Assembly: GCA_041497995.1 (NCBI GenBank)
Contig: JBGQHM010000002.1
Location: 1-60,569, forward strand
DNA length: 60,569 bases
DNA from: Candidatus Binatia bacterium
GTDB taxonomy: Bacteria > Desulfobacterota > Binatia > HRBIN30
Direction of reading: 5' to 3'
Of this stretch, positions 38,046 through 48,868 are shown one piece after another. Position 1 is the first letter of the stretch, and every line of letters begins with the position of its first letter. The notes beneath the pieces were generated by a model that made no database searches, was not told the origin of the DNA, and saw nothing but the letters and a program-made list of their open reading frames with translations. Both the position numbers and the translations under genes were made by a program.

Positions 38046-38864
38046 ATGAAAACCGATGACTGCGGACGAACCACTCACGCGACCGGATCGGCGTCCTACT
38101 TCAACACCGTCGCTGACAACTACTCGGACTGGTACGACGCGGAGACACCCGCCGGCTACGCGCTGCGCGTACGCAAGCAGCGTGTGCTCGAGCTGCTCGG
38201 CGGCCTGCGCGGACGCGTGCTCGACATCGGCAGCGGACCGGGCATCATGGTGCCGGACCTGGTGCAGCGGCAGTGCGAGGTGTGGGCGGTCGATGCGGCG
38301 CCGGAGATGGTCCGCCAATGCCAGCAGCGCTTCGGGGACTTGCCCCAGGTCCACTGCGCTATCGGAAGTGCTACCGCGCTGAGCTTCGCAGCGTCCGCAT
38401 TTGACGCGGTGCTGTGCATGGGCGTCATCGATCGCATCCGCGAGTACGATCTTGCGATTGCGGAGATGCTGCGTGTGTTGAAGCCGGGCGGGATGCTCCT
38501 GATGGCTTTCCCAAACCTGCATAGCCCGGGGGGGACCTGGCGTGGATTCGTATACTACCGCGCGCTCGATTGGCTGCGGCCACTGTACTACCGTCTGATC
38601 AGACAGTCGCGACCGCCGGCGTTGAGCGGTTTCTTGAAGTTGTACACGGCGCGGACCGCGCAGCGATTGATCCGCCGGCATGCGGGTGAATGTCTCGGCG
38701 TGACGTACTACAACTTCAACGTCTGCTTGTCGCCGCTCGATGAGCTGCTGCCGCGCGGTACCGTCCGGCTGAGCGAGCGGCTGGAGGCTTGCCGCTCCAC
38801 GCGGGTGCTGCGCTGGCTCGGCACCGGCTTCATCGTGCAGGCAGTGAAACGGGGCGCCTCATGA
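38046..38864 (+). CDS. Class I SAM-dependent methyltransferase
   Basis: VLDIGSGPG, FDAV and RVLKPGG. Confidence 0.88.
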   Translation: MKTDDCGRTTHATGSASYFNTVADNYSDWYDAETPAGYALRVRKQRVLELLGGLRGRVLDIGSGPGIMVPDLVQRQCEVWAVDAAPEMVRQCQQRFGDLPQVHCAIGSATALSFAASAFDAVLCMGVIDRIREYDLAIAEMLRVLKPGGMLLMAFPNLHSPGGTWRGFVYYRALDWLRPLYYRLIRQSRPPALSGFLKLYTARTAQRLIRRHAGECLGVTYYNFNVCLSPLDELLPRGTVRLSERLEACRSTRVLRWLGTGFIVQAVKRGAS

Positions 38865-40144
38865 ATGCGGGCGTTTCAGCCGCGCCATTTCACGCAGCAC
38901 CTGCAGCTCAGCCTCGGCGGCCGCTGCGCGTTCTTGTCTTGGCGCGCAGCTACCCGAACACGTTGTTTCCCGGGCTCGGCTTGTGGGTGCAGCGTCTGGT
39001 GCGCGAGTGCGCGAAGACCTGTATGGCGACGGTCATTTCGCCGGTGCCTTATTGCCCGCCGATGCTGAAGCTGGCCGAGTATGCGCGGTTTCGCGACATT
39101 CCGCCGCAACGCTCGGAGGACGGCACGCAGATTTTCCATCCGCGCTTCGTCGTCGGCCCGGGGCGGTCGGCGTACACCACCGAAGCGGTCATGTACTACT
39201 TGGGTGTGCGTGCGTCAGTGGATCGATTGTTTCGCCAAGATGGGTTTGATCTCATCCACGCTCACTTTACCTACCCCGACGGAGTCGTCGCGGCGCGCCT
39301 GGGAGCGCGCTACGGGGTCCCCGTGATTGCAACCGAGCACGCTCCGTGGCGACCGAACTGGATGGATGCTTCAAAGATCGTCTGCCGGCAAGCCGTGTGG
39401 GCGGCGCAGCGACTGCGCTTTCACATTGCTGTCAGCCGTTCGGTGCGCACGACAATTTCTGAGTTTACGGGAACCACCGAGCGGATCCGCGTCATTCCAA
39501 TCGGTGTAGACGGACGGCTCTTTTGTCCATCGGCGACTGGGAAGCGGGTGCGGTCGAAGCAGATCCTGTACGTCGGGTTCATCAACTACAACAAGGGCAT
39601 CGACGTGCTGTTGCGCGCCGCAAGTCGGGTCTTGCCGCGCGTTCCGGAGGCCCGACTGGTGTTGGTGGGCGGGAGCTTTTATCGCAACACGCGCCAACAG
39701 GAAGACGCGCTGCGACAGTTGGCGCTGACAATGGACTTGCAAGACCGCGTCACCTTCGTGGGGCACCAGCCGCCCGAAGAAGTCGTGCGCTACATGAGAG
39801 ACAGCGCGTTGCTGGTCTTGCCGAGCCACGCCGAAAGCTTCGGCGCCGTGCTGGTCGAGGCGCTTGCCTGCGGCACGCCGGTGTTGGCGACCCGATGCGG
39901 TGGTCCTGAGGACATCGTCAATGAACGCGTCGGCCGCATGATTGAGCCCGGCGACACGGCCGCGCTTGCCGAAGCCATCGAGCACATGCTCGCGCATCGC
40001 GACACATACGACCCGCGCCAGTTACGTGCGTACGCGCTGGAGCACTTCGCGTGGGAACGCGTGGCTGAGCGGACGATGGCCCTTTACGCAGAGACACAGA
40101 ACCCGACGGACATGAATCGCTTCGCCGCGGTTGCACGGCACTGA
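38861..40144 (+). CDS. GT4 glycosyltransferase (TuaC-like)
   Basis: ATGA overlap. DLIHAHFTYPDG, KGID and ESFGAVLVEALACG. Confidence 0.88.
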   Translation: MNAGVSAAPFHAAPAAQPRRPLRVLVLARSYPNTLFPGLGLWVQRLVRECAKTCMATVISPVPYCPPMLKLAEYARFRDIPPQRSEDGTQIFHPRFVVGPGRSAYTTEAVMYYLGVRASVDRLFRQDGFDLIHAHFTYPDGVVAARLGARYGVPVIATEHAPWRPNWMDASKIVCRQAVWAAQRLRFHIAVSRSVRTTISEFTGTTERIRVIPIGVDGRLFCPSATGKRVRSKQILYVGFINYNKGIDVLLRAASRVLPRVPEARLVLVGGSFYRNTRQQEDALRQLALTMDLQDRVTFVGHQPPEEVVRYMRDSALLVLPSHAESFGAVLVEALACGTPVLATRCGGPEDIVNERVGRMIEPGDTAALAEAIEHMLAHRDTYDPRQLRAYALEHFAWERVAERTMALYAETQNPTDMNRFAAVARH

Positions 40145-40190
40145 CGCGCCCATCAAACGCTTCAAGGGAAACTCCCGAGAGGAGCATCAT

Positions 40191-41702
40191 ATGAATCGAT
40201 TCACGAACGTGATCGTCATCAACCCGCCCAGTCCGCCGGGATACGTTGCCAACCGCGACTCCATGGGCGGCTATGGCCAGCTCTATCCCAAGGGTGCGAC
40301 CCTGCTTCCTCCGCTTGATGTGCCGTACCTCGTTGCGTACCTGCTGGAGAAGCGCATACCCGTCGAAGTAGTGGAAGCCCAAGGCCTCGATTTGTCCCGC
40401 GAGGAATTGGCGCAGCGCGTGTCGGCGATCGCCGCGCCGGCGGCGCCGCAGTCTACCCTGGTCGTGATGCGCGCCGCTCTGACGACTTTGGACTGGGATC
40501 TCTCCGTGTGCGCCGCGGTCAAGGAAGCCAACCCGCATGTGGCACTGGCTTTCTTTGGCTCGGTGGCGCCGCACGTCATGAAGCGCCTGCAGCGCGAAGC
40601 GTGTCTTGACTACATCTTGCAGGGCGAACCGGACGAGACCGTGTACGAACTGGCGACGGGCCGTGCGGAGGACGAGATCCTCGGGCTGATCTACCGTCGC
40701 GACGCAGCGTGGGTGGAGAGGCCGCCGCGGCCGTTTCTGAAGGAGCTGGATCAGCTGCCGTTCCCGAAGTGGGAACTGCTGCCGTACCACCGCTACACAC
40801 TCCCGAAGTCGTCCGCGACGGCCGCGATTCCTTTCCTGCCAATGCTCACTTCGCGCGGCTGTCCATTCGGTTGCCACTACTGCCCCTATCCGGTCGGGCA
40901 GGGGCTGCCCTGGCGCTATCGGTCCCCGAAGAACGTGGTGGATGAAGTCGAGCATTTGGTGCGCGGCCTCGGCATCCAATACATCTTGTTCAGGGACCCG
41001 ATGTTCTCAATGCGTCAGGAGCGCGTCGTTGAGATCTGTAACGAGATCCAGCAGCGCGGACTGGTGTTCAAGTGGAAATGCGAGACCCGCCCCGACTGTA
41101 TGGACGAACGGACGGCGCGGGCAATGGCGGCCGCCGGATGCGAGGGGATCAACTTCGGGGTGGAAAGCGCCGAGGTCGGGATTCAGAAGAACGTCGGCCG
41201 CAAACCCATCTCGCAGGAGAAGATCGTCGAGATGGTCAATCTCTGTCGCGACGTCGGTATCAAGACGTTCTGCTTCTTCATCGTTGGGTTGCCGGGCGAT
41301 ACCGTCCACACCGTGTTGTCGACGATCGCGTTCGCCATCCGGCTGCGGCCCAACTGGGTACAGTTCACCGCGGCCTCTCCGCTCGTCGGCACCAAGCTAC
41401 GCGACTGGGCGCTCGCCGAGGGGCTCGTGAGCGAAGATGAATATGCTTACAGGAGCAGCCACGAGGCGATGATCGGGAACAAGGACTTGAGCAGGGATCA
41501 GGTCGCCGCGCTGCTGCGCTTTGCTCAGCTCTTCGAGCGCTACTTGATCAACCGCGGCGGTGTTCTCAAGGACCGCAATCGCAAAGGGATACTGTATGGC
41601 GTCGCGTGCCGAAGCGCGGACTGGGTGGCGGCCGTCTCGGCGCGCGCTGTCTTCAATCTCGGTCGAGGACACTTTGAGCGTACCGTTGCGCGTGCCACCT
41701 GA
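40191..41702 (+). CDS. Cobalamin-binding radical SAM enzyme (BchE/HpnJ-like class)
   Basis: N-terminal B12-binding-like domain (INPP...PPLD...GEPD), TSRGCPFGCHYC (CxxxCxxC), FGVES and IVGLPGDT. GAGGAG RBS upstream. Confidence 0.9.
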   Translation: MNRFTNVIVINPPSPPGYVANRDSMGGYGQLYPKGATLLPPLDVPYLVAYLLEKRIPVEVVEAQGLDLSREELAQRVSAIAAPAAPQSTLVVMRAALTTLDWDLSVCAAVKEANPHVALAFFGSVAPHVMKRLQREACLDYILQGEPDETVYELATGRAEDEILGLIYRRDAAWVERPPRPFLKELDQLPFPKWELLPYHRYTLPKSSATAAIPFLPMLTSRGCPFGCHYCPYPVGQGLPWRYRSPKNVVDEVEHLVRGLGIQYILFRDPMFSMRQERVVEICNEIQQRGLVFKWKCETRPDCMDERTARAMAAAGCEGINFGVESAEVGIQKNVGRKPISQEKIVEMVNLCRDVGIKTFCFFIVGLPGDTVHTVLSTIAFAIRLRPNWVQFTAASPLVGTKLRDWALAEGLVSEDEYAYRSSHEAMIGNKDLSRDQVAALLRFAQLFERYLINRGGVLKDRNRKGILYGVACRSADWVAAVSARAVFNLGRGHFERTVARAT

Positions 41703-41752
41703 GTCGATGCGCGCGTTGCGGCCATGATGTGAACGGAACGTAGTTCCAGCGT

Positions 41753-42724
41753 ATGCGGGTACTCATCACCGGCGCAACCGGATTTCTTGGATCGCATATC
41801 TGCCGGCGGATGGTCGCTGAGGCCCACGAGGTTCGTGTGCTGGTGCGTGCGACCTCTGCATCCGCAGCACTTGCGGGCCTTCCACTCGAGAAGGTCATCG
41901 GCGATGTCACCGACCGTGAGAGTCTCGAGAGAGCTGTGAAAGGCTGCGAGTGGGTCGTCCACGCCGCCGCTAACGTGAGCGACTGGGAGCGCGACGCGGA
42001 ACAGCAGATGAGGGTCAACGTCGAGGGCACACGCCAGCTCGCCCAAGTCTGCCGTGGCGAAGGTGTGCAACGTCTATTGCACGTCAGTTCCGTTGCTGCG
42101 ATCGGCATCCCGACGGATGCCCGACTGCCAGCCGACGAGAACTTCCCGTTCAATCTGGAAGACTCCGGCCTGACGTACCATCTGTCCAAGCGTCGCGCCG
42201 AGGAGGCGGTCTTGGCACAAGTCGCCCGAGGTCTGGATGCGGTCATTGTCAATCCGGCTTCCGTCAAGGGGCCGGACGGCATTCAATACCGCGGCGCAGA
42301 AGTTTTGCGCACAGTGCGGCGAGCGCGCATCGTTCCCTACTTCACCGGCGGCATCTGCGTGGTGCACGTGCAGGACGTTGCGGAAGGTATCTTGGCGGCT
42401 CTGAAGCGCGGGGTGCGTGGGCAACGCTACGTTTTGGGCGGCGAGAACGTCACCTTCCGCGCGCTGGCGGAGCGAGCCGCCAACGCGATGAGGGTGCAGC
42501 GGCGGTTCGTTCCGTTGCCGCCGGCGGTTATGGCTCTGGCGCGAGTAGTCCTCGAGCCCTGGGCGCGGCTGAGAAATCGTCGACCCCGATTCACGTACGC
42601 CGTGGGCTACTGCGCCAGTCGCCCACAGTTTTACGATTCAACCAAAGCTCGCGTCGCCTTGCGATACGCGCCGCGAGGTCTCGACGCCATTCTCGATGAA
42701 GGCATCGCTCTCGGAATGTGCTGA
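41753..42724 (+). CDS. NAD-dependent epimerase/reductase (dihydroflavonol-reductase/HpnA-like SDR)
   Basis: TGATGFLGS, HVSSVAA, YHLSK, IVNP and VHVQDVAEG...GQRYVLGGEN. Confidence 0.85.
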   Translation: MRVLITGATGFLGSHICRRMVAEAHEVRVLVRATSASAALAGLPLEKVIGDVTDRESLERAVKGCEWVVHAAANVSDWERDAEQQMRVNVEGTRQLAQVCRGEGVQRLLHVSSVAAIGIPTDARLPADENFPFNLEDSGLTYHLSKRRAEEAVLAQVARGLDAVIVNPASVKGPDGIQYRGAEVLRTVRRARIVPYFTGGICVVHVQDVAEGILAALKRGVRGQRYVLGGENVTFRALAERAANAMRVQRRFVPLPPAVMALARVVLEPWARLRNRRPRFTYAVGYCASRPQFYDSTKARVALRYAPRGLDAILDEGIALGMC

Positions 42725-42790
42725 CGGCGCACGCTGCCGACGGTTGCTTGTCGGAATACCATCGCCTCGGGGCACCATTGGAAGCCAGGC

Positions 42791-43696
42791 ATGAGCGACG
42801 TGAGTCTGTCGGTTGTGATTGCGACGCACGATGCTGCCGGCGTGATGCAAACGTGCCTCGCCGCGCTCGAACGGCAGAACCGCGACGGCGTCGAAGTGAT
42901 CGTCGCGGATAGCTCAACCGATGGCACCGCTGATCTCGTTGCCCGCTGCTTCCCCTGGGTCCGCTTGCTGCGTTTCGACACGCCGCTGACGATCCCGGTG
43001 CTGCGCGGTCGTGGGATCGAAGCGGCGCAGGGTGAGATCATCTCGATTCTTGACGCGTATTCGGTGGCGGCGAACGACTGGGCGGCGCGCTTGCTCGCCG
43101 TGCACGCACGGCGCCCCAACCTCGTGATCGGCGGCGCGGTGGATCTCCACAGCCCGCAATCGCGCGCGCTGAGCGAATGGGCGCTCTATTTCAATGAGTA
43201 CGGACTCTTCATGCCGCCGGTCATAGAGGGAGAGACCTGGATCGTGCCCGGCAGTAATGTGTCGTACAAGCGTGCGGCGCTCTTCGACGGGCCGCGTGCT
43301 CGGTATCCGGTGTTTTGGAAGACGTTCGTCAACTGGGAGGTGCAGCAATCGGGTTCGCCACTGTGGCTCGCGCCGGATGTGCGGGTAGCCCTCAACAAGC
43401 CGATTCCGTTCGGCGACTTCCTGCGCACGCGCTACCATCACGGCCGCTGCTTTGCCGGCATGCGCGTGCGCGACGCACGTTGGCCGGCACGAATCGGTTA
43501 CGCTTCCTTCACGCCGCTCGTCCCAGCGCTGCAACTGTGGCGCTGGAGCCGCGGATTCTGGCTGAAGCACCGTTACCGAGCGCGCTTCACGCTCACCCTG
43601 CCCATGCAGCTCGCGCTGTTCGTCGTCTGGGCGTGGGGAGAGGCCTGCGGGTATCTGCGTGGCACGGGGCGATCCTGTGAGCGACTCTTCTACTGA
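42791..43696 (+). CDS. GT2-like glycosyltransferase (paralog A, degenerate DXD)
   Basis: SVVIAT, VIVAD, LRGRG, ILDAY, PGSNVSYKR, HGRCFA and C-terminal hydrophobic helices. Confidence 0.8.
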   Translation: MSDVSLSVVIATHDAAGVMQTCLAALERQNRDGVEVIVADSSTDGTADLVARCFPWVRLLRFDTPLTIPVLRGRGIEAAQGEIISILDAYSVAANDWAARLLAVHARRPNLVIGGAVDLHSPQSRALSEWALYFNEYGLFMPPVIEGETWIVPGSNVSYKRAALFDGPRARYPVFWKTFVNWEVQQSGSPLWLAPDVRVALNKPIPFGDFLRTRYHHGRCFAGMRVRDARWPARIGYASFTPLVPALQLWRWSRGFWLKHRYRARFTLTLPMQLALFVVWAWGEACGYLRGTGRSCERLFY

Positions 43697-44618
43697 TACC
43701 GGCGCCCTCGGTGCGCAGCCGCCGTGTCTGTCGGTCACTGTTGTTTCCATCAACAGTGAGGCGTTGCTCACGCGCTGCCTCGTGGCCCTGACTGCACAGG
43801 CAGCGCACGATGCGATCGAGATCTTCGTCGTAGCGGACTGGCACCGACCCGGCGGTGCACCCAGCAAGCGCCTGCGGAGCCGGTTCCCAGGCGTGCAATG
43901 GATCGAGGCGCCGGAAGGTTGTACCGTGCCGCGCATGCGCTCGCTCGCTATGGATGCCAGCCGCGGCGAGGTCGTGGCGCTGCTCGAAGATGATTGTGTA
44001 GTCGAGGATGGTTGGTGCCGCACTCTGCTTGCAGCCCGTGGCGCGCCCGAGGTCGCCATTGGCGGAGCGGTCGAGCCGGGGCCGTACCGACGGGCACTCG
44101 ATTGGGCAGTCTACTTCTGTGAGTACGGGCGCTTCATGCTGCCGCTTCCATCCAACGGCGATCCTGCCCTGCCGGGTAACAACGTGGCGTACAAACGATC
44201 CGCGCTGCGCCAACTCACTGAGGGTTGTGAAGACGGGTTCTATGAGGTGTTTGTTCACTGGGCGTGGCAGAAGGCGGGCCTGCTGATGCGTGCCGAGCCG
44301 GCGCTCGTCGTGCGCAACGTGAACTCCTGGTCCTTGGCACATGTGACGCACTCGCCCTACCACCACGGCCGGGCGTTCGCGGCGCAACGATTCGCCGATC
44401 TGCCCGCGTGGCGTCGCACCGGGTTGGGTCTGCTGGCCCTCCTTTTGCCCGTGCTGAAAGTGGGGCGTATCGTGAAGGACACGGTTCGCCGACGGCGACT
44501 CGTCGGACGTCTCGTCCAGGCCCTTCCATTGATCGCGCTCTTTACCACCAGCTGGTCAGTCGGAGAGAGCGTAGGGTGCATGTTCGGCCCCGGCAACAGC
44601 CCGTCGAAGTGGCGTTGA
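43677..44618 (+). CDS. GT2-like glycosyltransferase (paralog B)
   Basis: LLEDDC, IGGAV, WAVYFCEYG, PGNNVAYKR and HGRAFA. Start may be 43659. Confidence 0.8.
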   Translation: MSDSSTDTGALGAQPPCLSVTVVSINSEALLTRCLVALTAQAAHDAIEIFVVADWHRPGGAPSKRLRSRFPGVQWIEAPEGCTVPRMRSLAMDASRGEVVALLEDDCVVEDGWCRTLLAARGAPEVAIGGAVEPGPYRRALDWAVYFCEYGRFMLPLPSNGDPALPGNNVAYKRSALRQLTEGCEDGFYEVFVHWAWQKAGLLMRAEPALVVRNVNSWSLAHVTHSPYHHGRAFAAQRFADLPAWRRTGLGLLALLLPVLKVGRIVKDTVRRRRLVGRLVQALPLIALFTTSWSVGESVGCMFGPGNSPSKWR

Positions 44619-44648
44619 GCGAGGACCGAAGCGATTGAGGAGTATGAG

Positions 44649-45794
44649 ATGAACGCCGTTCAACGCATCGTGCGTCACGCCCGGCTGACGCGTATGAGCT
44701 CGCAGCGCAACGCCAGCCCGCCGTTCTTGATCCTGTTCATCAACTCGATCTGCAACATGAAGTGCGAGCACTGCTTCTACTGGGAGAGCCTGAACAAGCG
44801 CGATGACCTGACCAAAGACGAGATCTTCGCGCTGTCCCAATCGCTCGGGCGCATCGAGAACCTCAACCTCTCCGGCGGCGAGCCGTTCCTGCGCAAGGAG
44901 TTCAGCGAGATCTGCCGCCAGTTCGTCCGCCACAACGGCGCCAAGCAGATCTATGTCCCCACCAACGGCTGGTATCTCGAGAAGACCATCCAGGCCATCA
45001 GTGAGACGCTCGAAGAACCGACGCTCGAGCTGTTTGCCGCTGAGCTCTCGCTTGACGGCATGCCCGAGTTCCACGACACGTTTCGCGTGGCCAAAGGCTC
45101 GTTCGCGCGCGCCATGCAGACGTACGACGCGCTGGCCGAGTTGCAGCGCAAGGACCCGCGGCTGCGCATCCACGCAATCTCGACGGCGACCGACATCAAC
45201 GTCGAAGAAATCCGCCAGCTCACGACCTACCTCTTCGATCGTTGCCCACAGATGGATCACCACAACCTCGCGTTGATTCGCGGCGACCGCAAGAACCCAG
45301 CGCTCAAAACGCCGGAGATGCGGCAGTACTCTGACCTCTACACGTACATGCGGCGGCTGTGGCTGCCGCGTGAGACCGGGCGATACGGAGCCATCGTCGA
45401 ACCGATGTTGCAATGGGCAAAGATAGAAACACTGGCCCGCCGCACTCAGGTCATCCCGTGCCGCGCGGGGGTACTCAGCGCGGTGGTCGCCGCCAACGGT
45501 GACGTCAGTGTCTGCGAGCTGCACGAGCCGCTCGGCAATCTGCGCCGGCAGTCGTTCTGGGAGATTTGGAATTCCGAGAAAGCTGTCCGCCTGCGTGCGG
45601 CCATCGCGGCGAAGGAATGTCACTGCACGACGGAGGTCTTTCTCTGGCCGAGCATCGTCTACCAACCGACACGACTGGTGCAGGCGATGGTCGGAGCGCA
45701 CGTGTGGCAGCGGGTACGTCCACTGCAGCCGGAAGAAAAACTCGTTGTGCCCGCGCGCACCGATCGAGACGCAACGCCGTCCACGGCCACCTAG
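44649..45794 (+). CDS. Radical SAM enzyme with SPASM/Twitch auxiliary-cluster domain
   Basis: [19 protein letters not shown] and LSLDG, with a C-terminal CRAG...NGDVSVCE...GNL...IW...CHC. Confidence 0.9.
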   Translation: MNAVQRIVRHARLTRMSSQRNASPPFLILFINSICNMKCEHCFYWESLNKRDDLTKDEIFALSQSLGRIENLNLSGGEPFLRKEFSEICRQFVRHNGAKQIYVPTNGWYLEKTIQAISETLEEPTLELFAAELSLDGMPEFHDTFRVAKGSFARAMQTYDALAELQRKDPRLRIHAISTATDINVEEIRQLTTYLFDRCPQMDHHNLALIRGDRKNPALKTPEMRQYSDLYTYMRRLWLPRETGRYGAIVEPMLQWAKIETLARRTQVIPCRAGVLSAVVAANGDVSVCELHEPLGNLRRQSFWEIWNSEKAVRLRAAIAAKECHCTTEVFLWPSIVYQPTRLVQAMVGAHVWQRVRPLQPEEKLVVPARTDRDATPSTAT

Positions 45795-45815
45795 ACGGCG
45801 GACCACTGCCTCGCG

Positions 45816-46964
45816 ATGATCCTGGGCGTCAACGGCATCCGCCTCGTCCGCGAGCGCAGCGGCGTGGCCCACGTCATCGAAGCAATCCTCAACTGCCTGG
45901 CCGAGATGGATCAACCTTTCAATGACGTTCGTGTCTATACGCCCGAACCAGTTGACTCCGGCGTGCGGTTGCCAGCAATCGCGCGCAATGTCGTGGTCCC
46001 CTCGGGCCTTCCCAGTGGCCTGTGGGAGCAGCTGGTGCTGCCGCGCGCCCATGGCTGTCGCGACGTCTTGCTGTGCCCGAGCTACATCGTGCCCGCACTT
46101 GCGACCTGTCCGACCCTCCTCATTCATCACGGTTCCTACGAGGGGTACGCCGGCGCACGCGAGGTATTCCCATGGTGGACGCGTCTGAAGTACCGCATCA
46201 GCTATCCACTAAGCGCGCACCGCGCCAGCACCGTGTGTACGGTGAGCGAGTATAGCCGGCGCGACATGGCTAAGTTTTATCACCTATCACCGGAGCGCAT
46301 CGAAGTAGTGCCCGATGGCGTCGACACGCGCCTCTTCCGGCCGATCGGTGATACGCAGCTTCTAACCGCCTGGCGCCGACGCGTCTTCGGCGATGATGTG
46401 CCGTTCATCCTGTACGTGGGCAAGCCGACAAAGCGGCGCAATTTGCCGAACCTGCTGCGCGCCTTCACTGTGCTCAAGCGGGACCATCGCATACCGCACA
46501 AGCTCTTACTCATTGGGACCGCGCTGCCCGGCACATCACTTAGCGCGCTCGTCGAGCGGCTCGGTCTGTCGTCCGCGGTGGTGACGATCCCGCATGCCGG
46601 GCACGAGGAAATCGCGCGCGCCTACAACGCCAGCGCCATGCTCGTCTACCCCTCGTCGTATGAAGGGTTTGGAATGCCGGTGCTCGAGGCGATGGCGTGC
46701 GGCACGCCCGTCATCGCCCTCGACAACACGGCGTTCCCCGAATTTGCCGGTGGCGTGGCGATGCTCCTGCCCGATGCCGAGGTGGCGACGCTCACTCAGG
46801 GTATGCTGCAGCTGCTGTCCGACGACGCGCAGCGTGCCCAGATGGCTGCCGACGGCCCGCAGCGCGCAGCAGCGTACGACTGGCGGGCGATCACTCGGCG
46901 CTACCTCGCGTTGCTGTGCGCCATTGCACCCGGTCAGCCGCCCGCAACGCTCTCGCAAAACTAG
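45816..46964 (+). CDS. GT4 glycosyltransferase
   Basis: TVSEYS, RRNL and YEGFGMPVLEAMACG. Confidence 0.9.
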   Translation: MILGVNGIRLVRERSGVAHVIEAILNCLAEMDQPFNDVRVYTPEPVDSGVRLPAIARNVVVPSGLPSGLWEQLVLPRAHGCRDVLLCPSYIVPALATCPTLLIHHGSYEGYAGAREVFPWWTRLKYRISYPLSAHRASTVCTVSEYSRRDMAKFYHLSPERIEVVPDGVDTRLFRPIGDTQLLTAWRRRVFGDDVPFILYVGKPTKRRNLPNLLRAFTVLKRDHRIPHKLLLIGTALPGTSLSALVERLGLSSAVVTIPHAGHEEIARAYNASAMLVYPSSYEGFGMPVLEAMACGTPVIALDNTAFPEFAGGVAMLLPDAEVATLTQGMLQLLSDDAQRAQMAADGPQRAAAYDWRAITRRYLALLCAIAPGQPPATLSQN

Positions 46965-47113
46965 AGAATCCACCAGGGTTTCCGGGCGTGCGTTCATTTG
47001 CGAACCAAATTCGTCAACTTAATGTGCGAACTGGACAGCGGTTGCAACGGCTCGCTGACAACGTTGTCCGCGGCCTACTGCCAGGAGATGGCCAAGGCAA
47101 CAAGGGCGGAGCT

Positions 47114-48829
47114 ATGAGCTTTGCCCGCGGCTTCGTGGTGCTCTCGGCGGTGACAGGCCTCACCTGGCTGCCCGCCATCGCCGGCTATTCGGAGGGCGCC
47201 AGCAACGCGGCGAGCGTGGCCGTTGATGCAACCGTCCACTACCAGACTATGGAAGGCTTTGGTGCCAAACACGAGTCGTTGGTCATCGACGGTAGCGGCG
47301 ATACGCTCAGCGGCGCGCAGCGCCGGCAAGCGATCGATGCGATCTATCAGCAGGTCCACTTGACCACGGGCGACCTCGACGGCGGCAACCTGCTGGAGAG
47401 CCCAGGCAGCTACGCTCAACGCCGCAACGACAACGACGATCCGTTCGCCATCAACTGGGCCGGCTTCCAGACGTTCAGGGCGGATGCGCTGAAGACCAAG
47501 GTCCTGGATCTCGCCCAACCCGTCGGGTTCGACGACTACGTCTTGACGCAAAGAGTGAATGTGCGCTGGGACAGTCCGTGGCTTGCCGGTATCCGCAGCG
47601 CTGATCGGGACCGCTATCTCAACGAGGCGGCCGAGCAGGTGATCGCGGCGGAGAAGTATTGGCGCGACACCTATGGCATCAGCACCACCTACGAGCTGCT
47701 GTTCAACGAGCCGCTCAGTGGCAACGGCGAGCTTGCGGGTGGGACGGTCGGGGAGGTTGTCGACCTGGTCAAGCGGGTGGGGGCGCGGCTCCGCGCCGAG
47801 GGATTCCCCAACGTCAAGTTTGTCGTTCCCAACGAGGAGACGGTGACGAAGTCGCTGCAGACGGCAACTGCGATCCTGGCGGACCCCGAAGCGCGACAGT
47901 TCGTCGGGGTCATCGGCTACCACCCATATCCGTACGGGTCGACCTACGCGTCCGTCGCGAAGATCCTCAGCACCTCCGGCAGTGGCGTGCCGAATGCCGC
48001 CGACATCGCTGCCCGGCAACAACTGCGTGACCTCGGCGCCCGCTACGGTCTGCCGGTGTGGATGACGGAAGTGTCACACGGCGACGTCGATCCGCGCTCC
48101 TTCGATGCGTTGCGGGCGCGCGCCGTTCACATCCACGACGAGCTGGAGTACGCCAACGCCGCCGCCTATTTTGCCATCCTCAACATGTGGAGCACGCAGG
48201 CGCAACAGGCGCACTTCGGCAACCAGAACCTGTTCGCCCCGCAAAACGAATCGACCGTCGTCTTCATCGACAGCACCGCCAACACGGTGACCATCTCGGG
48301 AATGGGCTACGCCATCGGCCACTACGCGCGCTGGATCGGGCAGGGGGCCGTCCGCGTTCAAGCGGGCAGCTCCGATGCGTTGCTGCTGGTGAGCGCGTTT
48401 CGCGACGCGCGGCAGGGCCGCACCGTGCTCGTGCTCATCAACAACGCCGCGAGCGAACGCCGCGTGAACGTGACGCTGAGCGGTGTGACGCTGGGGAACG
48501 CGCTGAACGGGGAGCAATCGACGTCGGCGGGAGCGTGGCAGCCGCTTGCATCGTTCGCGCCGCTGAGCACGACCGACTTTGCAGTGACCGTTCCGGCGCG
48601 GAGTGTGACCACCGTATCGGGTCACGATGCACCAGACTCGATGCCGACGCCGTCGGGTGCCGGCCGCCTCGACGTTAACTGTGACGGGCGCGTTAGCGCG
48701 GCCGACCTCTCGGCCATGGAAGAATTGATCACTTCGGGCAACGAGCAGGTATGCCTCTCAACTACGGGCAGCCACAACGTCTATGACGTGACGGACCTGG
48801 AGGCGTTGATCGTCGAAATGTTCGGATAG
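47114..48829 (+). CDS. Secreted clan GH-A glycoside hydrolase (GH30-like) with C-terminal dockerin-like tag
   Basis: Signal peptide, YQTMEGFG, LFNEP (acid/base), VWMTE (nucleophile), IGHYARWI, VPARSVTT, then DVNCDGRVSAADL. Confidence 0.8.
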   Translation: MSFARGFVVLSAVTGLTWLPAIAGYSEGASNAASVAVDATVHYQTMEGFGAKHESLVIDGSGDTLSGAQRRQAIDAIYQQVHLTTGDLDGGNLLESPGSYAQRRNDNDDPFAINWAGFQTFRADALKTKVLDLAQPVGFDDYVLTQRVNVRWDSPWLAGIRSADRDRYLNEAAEQVIAAEKYWRDTYGISTTYELLFNEPLSGNGELAGGTVGEVVDLVKRVGARLRAEGFPNVKFVVPNEETVTKSLQTATAILADPEARQFVGVIGYHPYPYGSTYASVAKILSTSGSGVPNAADIAARQQLRDLGARYGLPVWMTEVSHGDVDPRSFDALRARAVHIHDELEYANAAAYFAILNMWSTQAQQAHFGNQNLFAPQNESTVVFIDSTANTVTISGMGYAIGHYARWIGQGAVRVQAGSSDALLLVSAFRDARQGRTVLVLINNAASERRVNVTLSGVTLGNALNGEQSTSAGAWQPLASFAPLSTTDFAVTVPARSVTTVSGHDAPDSMPTPSGAGRLDVNCDGRVSAADLSAMEELITSGNEQVCLSTTGSHNVYDVTDLEALIVEMFG

Positions 48830-48868
48830 CTTGGGCGCGCGTTGACGGGAGACACAAGGAGCATCGGC

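Noticed and set aside
38528-38534. Phase-variable poly-G tract in the methyltransferase
   Set aside because: It has only 7 G, the frame is intact, and such a run is expected by chance at this GC content.
40191-42724. Hopanoid biosynthesis cluster (HpnJ- and HpnA-like neighbours)
   Set aside because: No squalene-hopene cyclase or hpnCDE/G/H is in the window, and the alpha/alpha protein at 5876 lacks the DXDD motif. The family resemblance is too general, although a glycolipid product is not excluded.
46697-47113. N-terminal extensions in the ORF track (also 6736, 32773, 52696, 4638)
   Set aside because: They overlap upstream genes and have low-complexity Arg/Ala-rich translations. Better starts with an RBS or stop-start overlap lie downstream.
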